64,000 nucleotides of DNA from the human T2T-CHM13v2.0 reference genome, Homo sapiens (GCF_009914755.1 NC_060930.1), one strand, 5' to 3'. Shown: positions 28,967 through 43,507, counted from the first letter of the stretch. Program-made: numbers and translations. The notes: generated from the letters alone by a model not told the origin.

Positions 28967-29041
28967 ATATATGAAATGTAGAGATTGATCAAAATAGTTT
29001 CTATCAAAATAGTTTTGATCAATCTCTGCAATTTTATATAT
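28967..29041 (+). ncRNA. MIR3668: Pre-miRNA hairpin mir-3668; mature AAUGUAGAGAUUGAUCAAAAU at 28975-28995
   Basis: About 28-bp stem (15 contiguous Watson-Crick pairs, 2 G-U pairs, 1 bulge) with an 18-nt loop seen directly; the 21-mer matches my recollection of hsa-miR-3668 (not database-checked). Confidence 0.8.
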
Positions 29042-29364
29042 GAGGAAACTGAAGTCTGAAAGTATTATGCCCTTTGTGTCTCTATTTTGAAAGGCAGTGA
29101 CAAAATTAAGACATATGACCAGCATCTGCTGAACCATGGATCTTTTTTATAACTAACTATATTATTTCTTTTTTTTCCCCAGAAAAGATGATGGCAGGAA
29201 AAGCTTAGAATAATATATATGTTTTTTTCTATTCTATCTAATCAATCAATCAGTTTTGTTTCACTGTAACCCTAACCTTTGTCAATGTCATCAATAGCAT
29301 CGCTTGTTCAGAAAACAAATGAACATTTTTGGAGTCAAAAAGTTAAACTCAAACTCCATCTTAC

Positions 29365-30190
29365 TGATATGGAAGTGCTGGGAAGGGAGGAGCGTGGCTC
29401 CTTTAAATGATATGGAAGGGGTGAAGGAAAGTGCTAGGTAGAGGAAGGGCGTGGTCCCTGGCTGGGGCTCCACCCCCACGGACCTAGGTAAGGACAGGCA
29501 CTCCTGCCTTCATGCCCAAATGTTGTATTTCCAAAGACCACCCTGGCCCACCATGCCCTCATCCTGTGTGTATAAAAACCAAGACCCTAGCAAGGCAGAG
29601 AAGAAGCAGCTGGACATTGAGAGGAGCACATCAGCAGAGGAACACACAGGCACAGGATGTTCAGAGGGATGCACCAGCACCCGCATGCTGGCAGGCTACT
29701 GACCAGCAGAACAACGTGGAGTTTGGCTGGGGTGGTTGGAGGAGAGCCCGGGAGAGCCCGCGCCTCTGAGTGGCACAACTCCAGGGGAAAACCATCTCCT
29801 TTCTGGCTCCCCCATGTGCAGAGAGCTACTTCCACTCAGTAAAACCTTGCACTCATTCTTCAAGCCCACATGTGAACCAATTCTTCCAGTACACCAAGGC
29901 AAGAAACCCTGGGATACAGAAAGCCCTCTGTCCTTGTGACAAGGTAGAGGGTCTAATTGAGCTGACATAAGTCGCCTATAGACCGCAAACTAAAAGAGCA
30001 CTCTGTAACACACCCCACTGGGGCTTCAGGAGCTGTAAACTTTCACCCCTAGACTCAGCCCTGGGGGCGGAGCCCCACAGCCTGCCCATCTGTATGCTCC
30101 CCTAGAGGTTTGAGGAGCGGGGCACTGAAGTAGCAAGCCACACCCGCATCGCATGCCTGGCGAGGGGACAAGGGAACTTTTCCTGTTTCG
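29365..30190 (+). mobile_element. ERV1 solo LTR, LTR1-family, inserted in a MIR
   Basis: tgatatggaagtgctgggaaggg...tataaaaacc...gggaacttttcctgtttcg; 4-bp TSD ttac; MIR halves on both sides. Confidence 0.85.
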
Positions 30191-30431
30191 TTACTAGATG
30201 TATGACCTTTGAAATTTACTTACATGTTCACATTTTAAAATGGGAACTATAATGAATACCCACAGGTGAAATGAGTGATTTTAACCAGTCTCATTTTGCT
30301 TAGTCACATGATCCAGATATATCTGTTAGTCATTTAGTGATTTGTTGATTGATTATTCCTGTTTCTAAAAAAAAATCCCATTTGTATTTGATGAAAACTG
30401 AAAAGGCATCTTCATCTTCAGTTTTAGAAAC

Positions 30432-30773
30432 TGCAATGGACTGAATGTTTTTCTCCAAAATTTATATGTTGAAATTCGAATCCCCAAGGTGATAATGATA
30501 TTAGGATGGAGAGTCTTTGGGAGCCCTCATAAATGAGATTAGTGCCCTTATAAAAGAGACCACAGAGAGATCCCCGACCCCTTACCCCATATGAGGATAC
30601 ATGAAAAGATGGCCATGTTTGAATCAGGAAGCAGCCCCTCACCAGATACAAAATGTGCTGGTGTCTTGATCTTGGACTTCTCAGCCTCCAGAACTGTGAG
30701 AAATAAATGTTTGTTGTTTATAAGCCATCCAGTTTATGGTATTTTGTTACAGCAGCCTGAATAGTTTAAGACA
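30432..30773 (+). mobile_element. MLT1A0 solo LTR
   Basis: tgcaatggactgaatgttt...cagcctccagaactgtgagaaataaatg...taagaca. Confidence 0.9.
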
Positions 30774-32814
30774 GCAATTGAATAATATTTAAAAATGCAT
30801 GAAGTACTGCTGCTTAAATATTAAAGTCAATGAGAACTCCCTGAAATTTATAGATGGAAGAGGATGCTGAATTTGTTTGTTACCAATCTCACATTTTACA
30901 GTACCAAAGGCAAAAAACTTAACCTAAGATGGCAGTGGTTACACAGAAAGTTAATGTTATGTCTGGGGCTAAAACACAGATCTCCTCATTTTCAGTTCTC
31001 AGCATTTTCCTCAATAGCATGCCACCTTTCTTAATAAAAGGGTAATTGTGTTGGGACCAGGAACACTGGTATATTTTAACAGATATGTCTAGACCATGAG
31101 AATTGCCAGATGCATTTTGCAAAGATTTTATTAATTGTACACACACATTAGGATATTAATTTCTTCAGATGAATATTTAATTATTAATGTTACACAAGTT
31201 GGAATCAGTTGTTAAGTATGTGCTTTAAGCTATACCAAAACTAAGTGTTACACTGGAAATTGTCACAGGCCATTTTCTTGTGTTAAAGTAAAGCTACAAT
31301 TTTTTTTCCTATAACTCATGAAACAATAACTTATGTTTCCCTTATTCTTTATTTATTGTTTTTATTTTTAATGTTTATAATTATTATATACGTTGGTTCA
31401 TAGGAAATGCAAAGGCATATTTTCAGCCCACTTAGGTATTATTTTATGGCATTCATTGATGTATTAACTTTCCTCTGACTTTATGTCATTCATTCTCTCT
31501 CTATTTTTATCACTTTTTAGCCTATCAGAATGCATGCAATTGTATAAAGAGCCTTAAATCATTCTGAGAGTAGATGTTTGAATAAATAGTATTTGTTATT
31601 CAAAATGACCGTCACTGGAGAAGTGATTTGATATACAATTTTTTGCTTTACATACAGCTACCTAGTAGCTAAAATGCAGCTTCTTTAAAGGACAACTGAA
31701 AAATCTTTAGAAAACATAGGTAAGGGAATGTGTCCCTGAATGTGTGAAAATGACAATGACACTAATAGTATTAAACTAAAAGAAGAGAAATATTAAGGAA
31801 GTTAAAGGAATGAAAAAGGAAGGAAGGAGAAGAACTTAGTGTGTGCTAGGCACTGTGCAAACAACAAACAACAAGAAAACATCTAACTCAATTTCACTCA
31901 GGAGGAAAATGAATCCTAGGAGTTAAGTAACTTGCCTGATGTTAGACAATGTGTAAGTAACAAAAATGAAACCTTTTTAACTCTACTACAATTTTTTAAA
32001 ATTAAAAACGTGAATTAAAATTATGTTTTCTACTTTTACTTTCGTTTGATTCATTAATCTCGCAAGTAACTTTGGATCCCACTGGAGTTTCTCATATAAT
32101 CCATGCTACTACATCCTAAGAGAATTTAACTCTGTCCTGAAATGACATCTGAAGCCAATATTTATAACCCAGTCCTGTGTCCTTGCCAAGTTTCCTGTGC
32201 TAATGATCTTAAGCTTCAATAACAGCTGTCATGTAGATGAATTGCAAGGTACTTTGGGAGCTATATGAACGTATCGCATGGCTTTTATCACACATACATT
32301 TCCTGCATCACCTCTGGATTAAAATGTCACCTATTTTAAGAATTCTAGAAAAGTACAAAGAAAAGCATGACTACCAATACCATGGCCAACTGAAAATTCC
32401 GAGTAAAAATTAAGCTTGACAGAATGTCATTATCACACAAATTAGATTGGACATGGAAATTAATCTTTGGAATTTATAAAATAATAAAATTATCATATCT
32501 TTGTATTTTTATTCATTTGCTTTTAAAAAGAAAATGTAGAAAGAAAACTAGTTATCAGCATTTTATGGTTAATTAATTCAGGGGTTATTCAATGGCATAA
32601 AATGACTTGTTATAATTGAGAAATAGCTAATTTAAATCTTGCCTCTACTACAGCATACTAAATAAATTATTTTTATTATAAAATATCTCCTATATAATGT
32701 AACCTCAATATATTTTAAGCTGTTATATACATTTTGGGGGAAAACTTTGCATTTTGATTTTTTTTTTATAGACGTTACTACTAAGCAAAATCCATTAGGT
32801 GGGTGTTTTACAAA

Positions 32815-32970
32815 CATGTCTGGTCATAAGACTCTTGTTAAAAATCCAGATTCCTGGGCCCCTCACAGACAATATTGAATCAGCTCTCAAACGGAGGGCC
32901 TGAGAACCTTAAACCTATTTTACAAATCTAGCGGATTCTTATTATCAAGAAAGTGTGGGAAATAATGCTT
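32815..32970. mobile_element. MER5-like hAT-Charlie DNA transposon remnant
   Basis: ttgttaaaaatccagattcctgggcccc...gaatcag...gattcttat. Confidence 0.65.
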
Positions 32971-34183
32971 AAGATAATGTTCATAGCAGGATAGAAAAAC
33001 GCTAAGTATATGAGTGGTGCTTTTATGTAATGAACCCGTTTAGCTCACCAATGTAACCCCAGTGTGCAGTGCACCACTCTAGTACCCCCTCAAATTCTGA
33101 TTGCTTTAAATATGTTATTGTGTTAAAATTTTTATTGTGTCTTAATATGTTAATAATGCCTTTTACTAACATATTTACTTGATACTTTGTTACTTATTCC
33201 TTAATTGGTAATGTGGATATTTGGCATTTGCAACAGATTGTGACAAACCAAAATACATGATGCTTGTAAGTCAAATACTTTTGACAAAAAAATTGCATTT
33301 TCTAAGGTCGTAAATGCTCCAGTGAAAGCAGATCCACCTACCATTTAAAAAACAACTATCGAATATATATTGCAAATCTCAGTCCATATTCCTAAAGTTA
33401 AAGCCATAACTAAACCTCAGAAAAGACCCTTGTAAGAAGCAGGCTTATCAGGCTCAGACTCTAAGCACATTCCTTTGAAAACTTCTGCTAATATGCACCA
33501 GCTATCTTTCAGTCTGCTCATTCAACTTTGTGAATATAACACCACTCTCTGGAGACAGCCAGACTGTGAGAGTGCTTGGTGAGAGAACCCAGGTTTATTT
33601 GACCATAGAAGCTTACTTTTGTGGAATGCTTACTGTCATCTAGTAGAACACTAGAGCCCAGGGGATACAAGCTTGGAATAAAAGGCTCACAGATATCTGA
33701 ACCCTCTACGTATCCTTCTTCATTTCCCATGATCTCTGGCTCACACTTTTTGATTGAGCAACACATGGAAGCTTGTAGCCCCCTGTATGCAGTATGTTGC
33801 TTTTCATCCCCATGTCTTTATTCTGCAACTTCCTGGATGGTAATACTTTTCTCCTTCATCTTTTATTCCTTCATCCTCACCATCTGTTTCCCTTGATTAT
33901 TCCTATTAAAATGTTTCACGCATCCCTTGGTCTATAGAATCTTTTTTCACATACTCCTCATAAGTTACCTTTCCACACCTGAGCCTTTGTAAAACCCTGG
34001 GCACTCCTCAACCATTATGTTGACATAGATATGATAAGATCTGCAGAGTGTTATTTTCACCCAAGTTTGAGTAGATATTTTAGACAGCTAATATGGTGAA
34101 AGACTGAAAGCCATTCAGAGAGTGGCAAACATTCTGTATGATGTGCAATAAAACATCCATAATTTTTTTGAAAGTTTTATTTA

Positions 34184-34600
<417 letters not shown>

Positions 34601-34974
34601 TTACAACAAGAATTTATTTTGGAAACGATATTTTAACCTTCGGAATCAAATTGTTTTTTATTTGGGAGCATAATGTATATAGATTGGTATTATGCTATAC
34701 AATAAAATTCTTCTAACTTAGTGCCATTTGCTGGATGACAATGGTATTTTTGTATTTCAAGCCATTCTTTTATGTTGTGTGTCAATATATCATTGCACAG
34801 AAGAGCTTTTCAATCCAAATATTATATGTTCTCTGTGTAATTGAATTTTATTTATCTTTTATAAATCAGAAACATTCATAGAGAAAAAATGCAGTTGAGG
34901 CTTTAATGACCCCTTTTTTCCTCTCTTAGTTGTAAATATTATGAAGGCATTTACCAGCACTTTATTCAGATTCA

Positions 34975-35090
34975 CATGTCTAGCAACCTAGTCTGCCATA
35001 TAATAGGTGGTTAATACTTGATGGCTGGCTGGATGGATGAATGGATGGACAGATGTGTAGATAGATGAATGAGTGAGGATGAATGGGTAG
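34975..35090 (+). mobile_element. L2 3' end with (GGAT/GAAT)n tail
   Basis: gtctgccatataataggtggttaata followed by tggatggatgaatggatgg. Confidence 0.55.
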
Positions 35091-35351
35091 ATTTTGCTCT
35101 ACAAGTAGACGTCAAGCCAAAGCATATGGTGTAGATTCTAGGCTTGAGTGAGTTCTCAAGCAGTGCACACAGCTTCTATAGTAAGTCAAGGCAGGGCTAC
35201 AATCAGGGAGGCACCAGGAGGACACTCAGCCTAAAAGCGAGAAATCAAGTGCTGTAAGGTGAGGTGGTTGCTAGCCTTCAAATGCTCACTGAAGCTCAAG
35301 GCAGGAGCCCTTGGTTCTGAAATCACCTTTCCTTACTCAGTTCTCTCTCAA

Positions 35352-35353
<2 letters not shown>

Positions 35354-35387
<34 letters not shown>
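35354..35387. repeat. (TG)17 microsatellite
   Basis: Direct reading. Confidence 0.97.
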
Positions 35388-35388
<1 letters not shown>

Positions 35389-37019
35389 TAATCATTGCTA
35401 GTGCTGAACCAAACTTGAACAAGGTGAAGCTTCAGTGTAGCCACTTGCCACACCTGAAAGAGCCTGAAAAGTTCACACTGATTCATTGTAGTGCAATTGA
35501 TTCTTGCTCTTTCTTCTAGTCAGAGGACAAGAGTCTTGAAGGGTAGAGTGTAATTTGCTTCCCATTTGAGAAACTTGGATAAAAGCTAGACATACAATCT
35601 CAAAACAAATTAAGTTATAAATGTATTAGGCAGAGCCTTGATTCGGTGTTCTAAAGAACGGGGAAGAGGGAGGTAGGTCAGAGGGTTGAGATCCTCTCAC
35701 ATAGACTGTGAGTGATATCACAGCTTGGGTCCTCTTGATTTGTAATGGAAATTAGACCCAGTAAGGAGCATCTTACCTTTTAAGCCATGACATTTTTGAA
35801 ATTATACATTCTAAGTAGGCTGGATAACATTTTAAACAAAACACAATTGAAAATTCAGTTCATCGGAGTCACTGCACATACTCAATTGCTGATTTTTATA
35901 TTGCAGTATTTTTGGCTCTAAAATCATGATGAAATAACACCAAAAGCAAATGGGCCATATTATGCACAAATTGTTTGCTAAATCTAAATTGCTAAATTGA
36001 GGCTTTTTTCCAGCTGTGTCAGAACAAAAATATATTCAGCTACAAATATATAAAATCGAGATATTTTGAAGGCAAGAAAATATGCTACGGTTCTATTATA
36101 AAACTGATGGAAAAAACGAAGTCTTTCCTTTAAATTATGTTTTTTAAACAGAGGAAATTCGTATTTCTGAATAAATCTTTTCACATTAACATTTCCTGGT
36201 ACATGTGTCCCGTTTGGTCTATAAACTCCTAAAATGGGATTATGAAAGAATAATTCTGCTCATCACATAAGAAGGAATGGATGACTGCTTTGTAAAATTA
36301 AAACTGGATGTCTATAGCTCAGGGTACCTTAGGTTCTATGGGATGCACGATGACTCAAAAATTTGGAATTAATATGTAGATCCTTAAGGTTCCTGGAAAG
36401 GTCCTTCTTGATAAATTTATTTTAGAATTACAATGCTGTAAAAACTAAAGAGAAGTTAATAAATATTATCATGTGTTTCAAATTCAAATGCCTAGAAGGC
36501 AGATAATGCAACTGGGTGGTGATTTTCCAGCTTCTTGTGAGTTTGTAATGTGTAAGAATAGGGACCCACTGTCATAACATCTTTTTTATTTTGAAAGAGA
36601 AGTTCAAAATTCAAATTTTAAGTGGATTCTTCTCATGTTTAACTGTGTGCACTAAACCATTTTCATCTATGACATGCATTTAGGCTTTGAGTCACTTACT
36701 TGCCATTTATGTTTCAGACAATGACTCTACCTTAAGGTGGTAACAGAGCTAAACCCGCCCCATGCCAAGCCACATCCTCTGCTTCTGAATGTCTGCCCCC
36801 TTCTTTGAGGCCCACAAACTCCCTTTGACTTCCCACCCTGCTTTGAAAGTTTAGAGGAAGGTTGATTCTTTAGCAATCTTTCCTTCTTCTCAAGCTTACA
36901 GTATTCTCTTTGCCTCCATATTCCTTCAGAATGGCATTGTATCCCACCTGTTTGGTAGGAATTACATAGCATTGCCAGACCTCTGCTATGAAATCATCTT
37001 GTGCTGCCCATTACTTTTC

Positions 37020-38822
37020 ACATTTTGAAATTGAGATGAAATTCATGTAATATAAAATTAGCCATTTTACCATTTTAAGGTATATAATTCAGTGGCTTTT
37101 TGTACACTTACAATATTGTACGACATCACCAAAATCAAGTTCCAGGGTATTTTTATCACCCCAAAGAAAACAACTTCCCCATTAAGCAGTCACTCCCATT
37201 TCTCCCTCCCTCCAATCCCTGGCAACCGTTAAATAGTCATTCTCTGTTCCCTATTACCCTAGACCCTAGGATCTGTCTATTATGACATTTCATATGAATG
37301 AAATAATAAAATATATTGCCCTTTGTGTCTTCCTTTTCTTACTTAGCATCATGTTTTTGATTCATTCATGTTGGTAGCATGTATCATTGTTTCATTTCTT
37401 TTATGGGTGACTAATATTCCATTGTATGCATATAGCACATTTTGTTTATCCATTCATGAGCTGATGGATATTTGGGTTATTGTCACCTTTTGGCTAATTT
37501 GAATACAGCTGCTTTGAACACTTATACAAAAGTTTTTGTTTGAACACTTGCTTTCAACTCTTTGGAGTATACAACTAGGAGTGGAACTGCTGGGTTTTAT
37601 GGTAATTCTATGTTGAACTTTTGAAGAGCTGCCAACAATTTTCCACAGTGGCTGCACCATTTTCCATTCTTACCAGCAATGTATGAAAGTTCCCATTTTT
37701 CCATATGCTCACCAACACCTGTTCTTTTCTTTTTTAAAATATGTTTTTATTATAGCCATCTTAATTGGTGTGAGGTGATATCTCATTGTGGGTTTAATTT
37801 GCATTTCTCTAATGACAAATGATGTCGAGCATCTTTTCATGTCCTTGCTGAACATGTAGATATCATTTTAGAGGAAATGTCTATTCAAGTCTTTTGCTCA
37901 TTTTTAAATTGGGTTGTCTTTCTGTTGTTGAGTTGTAAGTGTTCCTGTTATAATCTAAACAGACATCAGCAATATGCTTAGAAAATAGTTTAACCCATTT
38001 TGTGGATTGTCTTTTTACTTTCTTAATGTTGTTCTTTGGAGCACAGTAGTTTCTAATTTTGATAAGGCCCAATTAATCTTTTTTTTTTGCCTGCACTTTT
38101 GGGATTATAGTAAACCATTGCTAAATCTAAGGTCACAAGGATTACCCTTTATTTTATTCTAAGAGTTTTGTAGTTTTAACTCTTAAATTTAGGTCTTTGA
38201 TTTATTTTGAATTAATTTTTGTAGATGGTATATGGTGAGTCCAGTTTCATTCCTTTGTGTGTGAATGCCCAGTTTTTCAAGCACCATTTGTTGAAGAGAC
38301 TATTTTTTCTCTGAAGAATGGCACTGACCTCATTGTCAAAAATGAAAGTATTATAGATATATGGGTTTATTTCTGGACTCTTAATTCTATTCTACTGATT
38401 TATATGTCTGTGTAGGGGAGAAAAAGTAATATGTTTTCCTTACCTGTTACAAAGTTCATAGCTGATACTTCTATAACAAACGAAAACAAAACTGTTTCTG
38501 TGGTCTTTCTCAATTTCCTTTGGCTTAAAATATTCAGCATGCCAATATGCCATATTTTCAGGCAGCACTTCCTGCACCCCTTCTATCCTTATGCTGGTAT
38601 CATGGTGTTTTAATTACTGTATCTTTGTGATAAGTTTTGAAATTTAGAAGTACATCTTCCAACTTCATTTTTCTTTTAGAAGATTGTTTTAGTTACTTGA
38701 AATCCCTTACAATTCCATATGGATTTTAGGATTACCTTTTCCATTTCTGCAAAAAAGACAGTTGGGATTTTAATAGGGATTGCATTATGTCTTTAGATTG
38801 CTTTGATAAATATTGCCATTTT
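37020..38822 (-). mobile_element. L1MB-like LINE-1 3' portion
   Basis: Minus-strand ORFs MVQPLWKIV.. and MGLIKIRNYCAPK.. are L1 ORF2 C-terminal remnants. Confidence 0.87.
38410..38584 (-). mobile_element. Internally deleted ERV1 LTR remnant (MER31-like) inside L1MB
   Basis: tgtaggggagaaaaa...cttaaaatattcagcatgccaatatgccatatttt interrupts L1 tatatgtct|atccttatgc. Confidence 0.55.
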
Positions 38823-39129
38823 GAAAATGCAAGCTTTTTAAAACTCTTAGTCACTAAGTTTCTCATTTCCGAGACTCTTCATTCTTAAGCATCTTAGTCT
38901 ATATTTTGTTGTAGCTATTATACTTTGCTTCAGGTGTTCATAGCTAATACCACACTTAATATGTAATACTACACTTAAGCCTTTAAATGCTTTCAACAAA
39001 TACTACCTAGGTAGTTGCTTCAATCCTATGGTAGCTCTGAGGCAGATAAAACACATCAAGCTTTTGAAATGATCCTTCAGAGGACCACCAGATAGGTAAA
39101 AATAAACTCTCTGTATATAAAAATATACA

Positions 39130-42100
39130 GATTTTTAAAATCTGTATAAATGTCTGAGGTATAAGTGCAGTTTTTACATGCATATATTACTTAGTGATCA
39201 AGTCAGGACTTTTAGTGTATCCCTCACCAGAATAAAACACATTGTACCCATTAAGTAATTTCTTCTTATCCATGCTCTTTTCACTCCCTCTTACTTCTGA
39301 GTCTCCATCGTCCATCCTACCACTCTCTACTTCCATGTATATCCATTTTTTAGCTCCCACTTATAAGTGAGAACATATGATAATTGTCTTTCTGGGTCTG
39401 ATTTGTTTTATGTAAGATAATGGCATTCGGTTCCATCCAGATTGATGAAAAAGACACAATTTCATTCTTTTGTGTGACTGAACAGTATTCTATAGTGTAT
39501 GCATACAATATTTTCTTTATCCATTCATCTCTTGATGGACACTTTGGTTGATTCCATATTTTTTTCTATTGTGAATAGTGCTAGAAAAAATATACAAGTG
39601 CATGTATTTTATATATTAATGTCTTTTCCTTTGGGTAGATATCCAGTAGTAGGATTGCTGTATCAAAGATAGTTCTATTTTTAGTTATTCAAGAAATCTT
39701 CATACCATTTACCATAAAGATTGTACAAATTTCATTCCCATCAACAGTGTATAGGAATTCTCTTTTCTTCATATTCCCACCAACATTGTTTTTTACAATT
39801 TTTAATAACAGCTATTCTGACTGGGATAAAGATATCTCAAAGTGGTTTTAATTTGCATTTCTCCAATGATTAGTGATATTGGCCTTTTTTTCATATACCT
39901 GTTGGCCACTTGTATGTTTTCTTTTGAGAAAATAGCTATTCACATCCTTTGCCCACATTTTAATGGCACACTTTGTTTTGTTGTTGTTTTTGTTGAGTTT
40001 GAACTTCTTGTATATTCTGGATATTTGTCCTCTGTTAGATACTTAGTTTGCAAATATTTTTGCCGCTTATGCTCACTCTGTTTGTTATTTCTTTTGCTGT
40101 GGAGAAACTTTTTAGTTTAATGAAGCCCAATTGGCTATTTTTTATTTTGTTGCCTATACTTTTGAGATTTTAGTCATGAATTCTTTGCCTAGGCCAATGG
40201 CCAGAAGACTTTTCCTTGTCTTCTTTTAGTATCGTTATAGTTGCAGGTCTTATGTTTAAGTATTTAATCCATCTTGAGTTGACTCTTGTGTATGATGAGA
40301 GACAAGAGTCCGGTTTCATTCTTCTCCATATGGCAATGCAATTTTCCCAGAACCATTTATTGAAAAGGGCTTCTTTTCCCCAGTGTATGATCTTGTTGAC
40401 TATCAAGGATTTGTTGGCTGTAAGCATCTGGCTTTATTTCTGGATTCTCTGAACTCCCTACTATTAACTGTACCTATCTCTGTTTTAGGTCCTGTAATAT
40501 TGTTTTATGAATCTGGGTGCTCTGGTGTTGGTATATATGCATGTATATATATAAAATTGTTATATCCTCTTGCTGAACTGATCCCTTTATCATTATATAA
40601 TGAAATTATTTGTCTTTTTTAACTGTTTCATTGATTTAAAATTTGTTTTATCTGATATAAGTGTAGCTACTTCTGTTCACTTTTGATTTCTGTTTGGGCA
40701 GAATATCTTTTCTACCATTTTATTTTCAGTCTGTATGTGTCTTTACAAATAAAGTGAGGTTTTTTGTAAGCAGCATATAGTTAGATCATATTTTATTAGC
40801 CATTCAGCCAGTCTCTCTTTTAAGTGGAGTATTTAATCCACTCATGTTTAAGGTTATTTTTGATATGTGAGGTTTTGTTTGTTATATTTTTAATTGTCTT
40901 CTAATTGTTTTATAAATTCTTTGTTTCTTTCTCTTTCTCTGACTGTCTTTGGGATTTGGTGGAATTTTGTAGTGACGTCCTTTGATACCTTTCTTTTTCT
41001 CTTTAGTGTGATTATTTTACCAGTGAGTTTTATACTTTCCTGTGTTTTCATGATGGTGAATACTGCTCTTTCCATTCCAAGTTTAGGATTTCTTTCAAGA
41101 TTTCTTGTAGTACTGGTTTAGTGCTGATCAATTCCCCTAGCACTTACTTACCTGGGAAAGACTATTTCTCTTTCAGTTATCAAACTTAATATTGCTGAGT
41201 ATAAAATTCTTGGTTGGCAGCATTTTTCCTAGCACTTTGAGTTTGTCATCCCATGCTCTTCTGACCTTTAAGGTTTCTGCTGAGAAGTCCACTGTTAGTC
41301 TGATGGGGACTATTTTATAGGTGACTAGATGCCTTTCTCATGTTGATTTTAGAATTCATTCTTTCACTTTGACTTAAGAAATTCTTATTATACTATGCTG
41401 TGATAAAGTCATTTTTGCATTGCATTTTCTTGGATATCACTAAGCTTCCCATATTGGGATGTCTAAATCGCTTTCCAGACTTGGGAGTCTTTCTCTAGTA
41501 AATAAGGTTTCACAACTTTTAAAAATCTTTTTGGCTTCTTGAGAATACTGATAATTCATAAGTTCAGTAACTTTATATATTCCCAGTGTCTTGAAGTCTT
41601 TGTTCATTATTTTTAGTACTTTTCTTTTTTTGTCTAACTAGATTATTTCAAAAGACCTGCCTCTAAGTTCTGAATTATTTTTCTTCTGCTTGGTGTAGTC
41701 TATTTTTTTTAAGTTTTTGAATGTATTTTATATTTCTTTCAATAAATGTTTCAGTTCCAGGATTTCTGGGGTTTTGTTTGTTTTTTAAAGATACCTATCT
41801 CATTGGTATACATTTTTCATTCACGTTCTGAATTGATTTTCTGAGTTCTTTGTTTTGGAGTTCAGATTTCTCTTGCATCTCATCAAGCTTCTTTAAAATC
41901 TATATTTTGAATTATTTACCTGGATTTTGAGGATTTTTTTGGGTTAGGATCTATTGTTGGAGAGTCATTGGGCTCCTTTGCGGAGAGTGTGGTAAAGTTT
42001 TGATGAGAAATGGAATGCCAGATGGGTACTTCCTCACGTTTTGGTGGTGATGGTGGTGGGCTAAGCATGCCTGTCTTTGTGTCCAGGGGCAGCATATGCT

Positions 42101-43507
42101 GACACCATTTTTAGTGGTTTCAGGGAGACCAATTCTTGGGCCTCTGGGTGGCTTTCTCAGATGCCAATTATTATAGAGGCATGCCAAGTGAGTGAGCAGG
42201 TTCTCAAGTTCCTGGCAGCTGGGGTGGGGTGAGATGGGCAATAGTGGTAACAGTGTGGTAAGATGGTCTTCTAGTTTCCAAGTGCTATGCTGTTGTGTTG
42301 GCAGTGGTCACAATGGAAGGTACCAGCTGGCCCCCAAGTGACACTTGCAGGTAGAAGCCAGCTGAAGTAGTTGTGGTAGGGTGTTTATTCCTGACATCTG
42401 TCCCTTGTGGGAAGTGTTCAGGTGGTGGGTTGATCTGTGGCTCCAGGTGGCAAGATCCTGCATTGCATCTCAGAGGGTGGGGAGAAGCCATGTGAAGCTG
42501 GACCAGGCTATTTTGTGCCAAGGCCCCCCAATGGCAAGTGCACACACCAGCTGCACTGCGGGGAGGAGCTGGGCAGAACAATTTTTAGAACCCTGGTGAA
42601 ATACTTGGGTGAGGGTGATTGCCTCTGCATGGAGGCCTTGCTATGGAAGGGTGAGCCTGCTGGTCCCAGAAGTTGCAGCCTTGGCTGGCAAGTGGAGGAC
42701 TTGCATTTTTCTCACACTCCATACTGGGCAGGGTTCTCTCTTCTGTCCTGAGTTTCGAAGCTGATGCTGCAGTTCAGTCAGATTAGACAGTTCACTCCTA
42801 TTCCATCACTCAGCCCCAGGCTGAGCAGGAGCACCCACTCAGCTCAGGACCAAACCTCCTTGGCAACTCTCATCCTTCTTATATCCCAAGGGGGTTGCCT
42901 GGTTCCAGTGTTAGTGGATGGAGCCCACACCAGGTTTGCTTTTCAGTTCTGGTTGTGGGAGTCCATTTCCCCTCAATACCTAGTTCTATAAGCCACAGCT
43001 TAAGCTTTCCTAACACCTAGGACTGGCACCACCAGATCCAAGCACTGCACACAGTATGTTAAGAGCTACGATCAAGAATGGCATGTTATTGCAGATGCTT
43101 AAGTCTCCGAGAGGGTATGGAACTCAGGACATGCTACCTCCTTGGAGTAGTTTCTTCTCACAGTCTCCTGGACACTCCCTAAGTTAGATTCAGGGTCTGG
43201 GAGGTTCAAGATGCACATCCATGGCCTAAAATGCATAATTACCCAGTGGGAAAGTGAATGACAAAAATGCATTCACTCACCCTCTCCTGTATTAGGGATT
43301 CTCTCCCAGGTCTTGGGCAGCCTTAACCATTCAAGCTACCTGTTTTCTTTCTCCTTTCTAGATTATGGTGTTTACTTTTCCTTTTCTGACAAAATCCCAT
43401 CTTCCTTTGGGATAATGTATTCAAAGTGTGATTGCCTACACACTGTTCTGGTTCTTCTAAGTGGATGAGACATGCTTGAGATGCCTCTAGACAGCCATCT
43501 TGGGGGG
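39130..43507 (-). mobile_element. L1MA-like LINE-1 with 5'UTR, ORF1 and 3' end but a ~2.3-kb ORF2 deletion
   Basis: 5' end caagatggctg (reverse of 43492-43503); ORF1 remnants 41100-41900; EN joined directly to late ORF2 at ~40450. Confidence 0.82.

Noticed and set aside
39002-39015. 14-bp perfect palindrome actacctaggtagt
   Set aside because: A few palindromes of this length are expected by chance in 64 kb.
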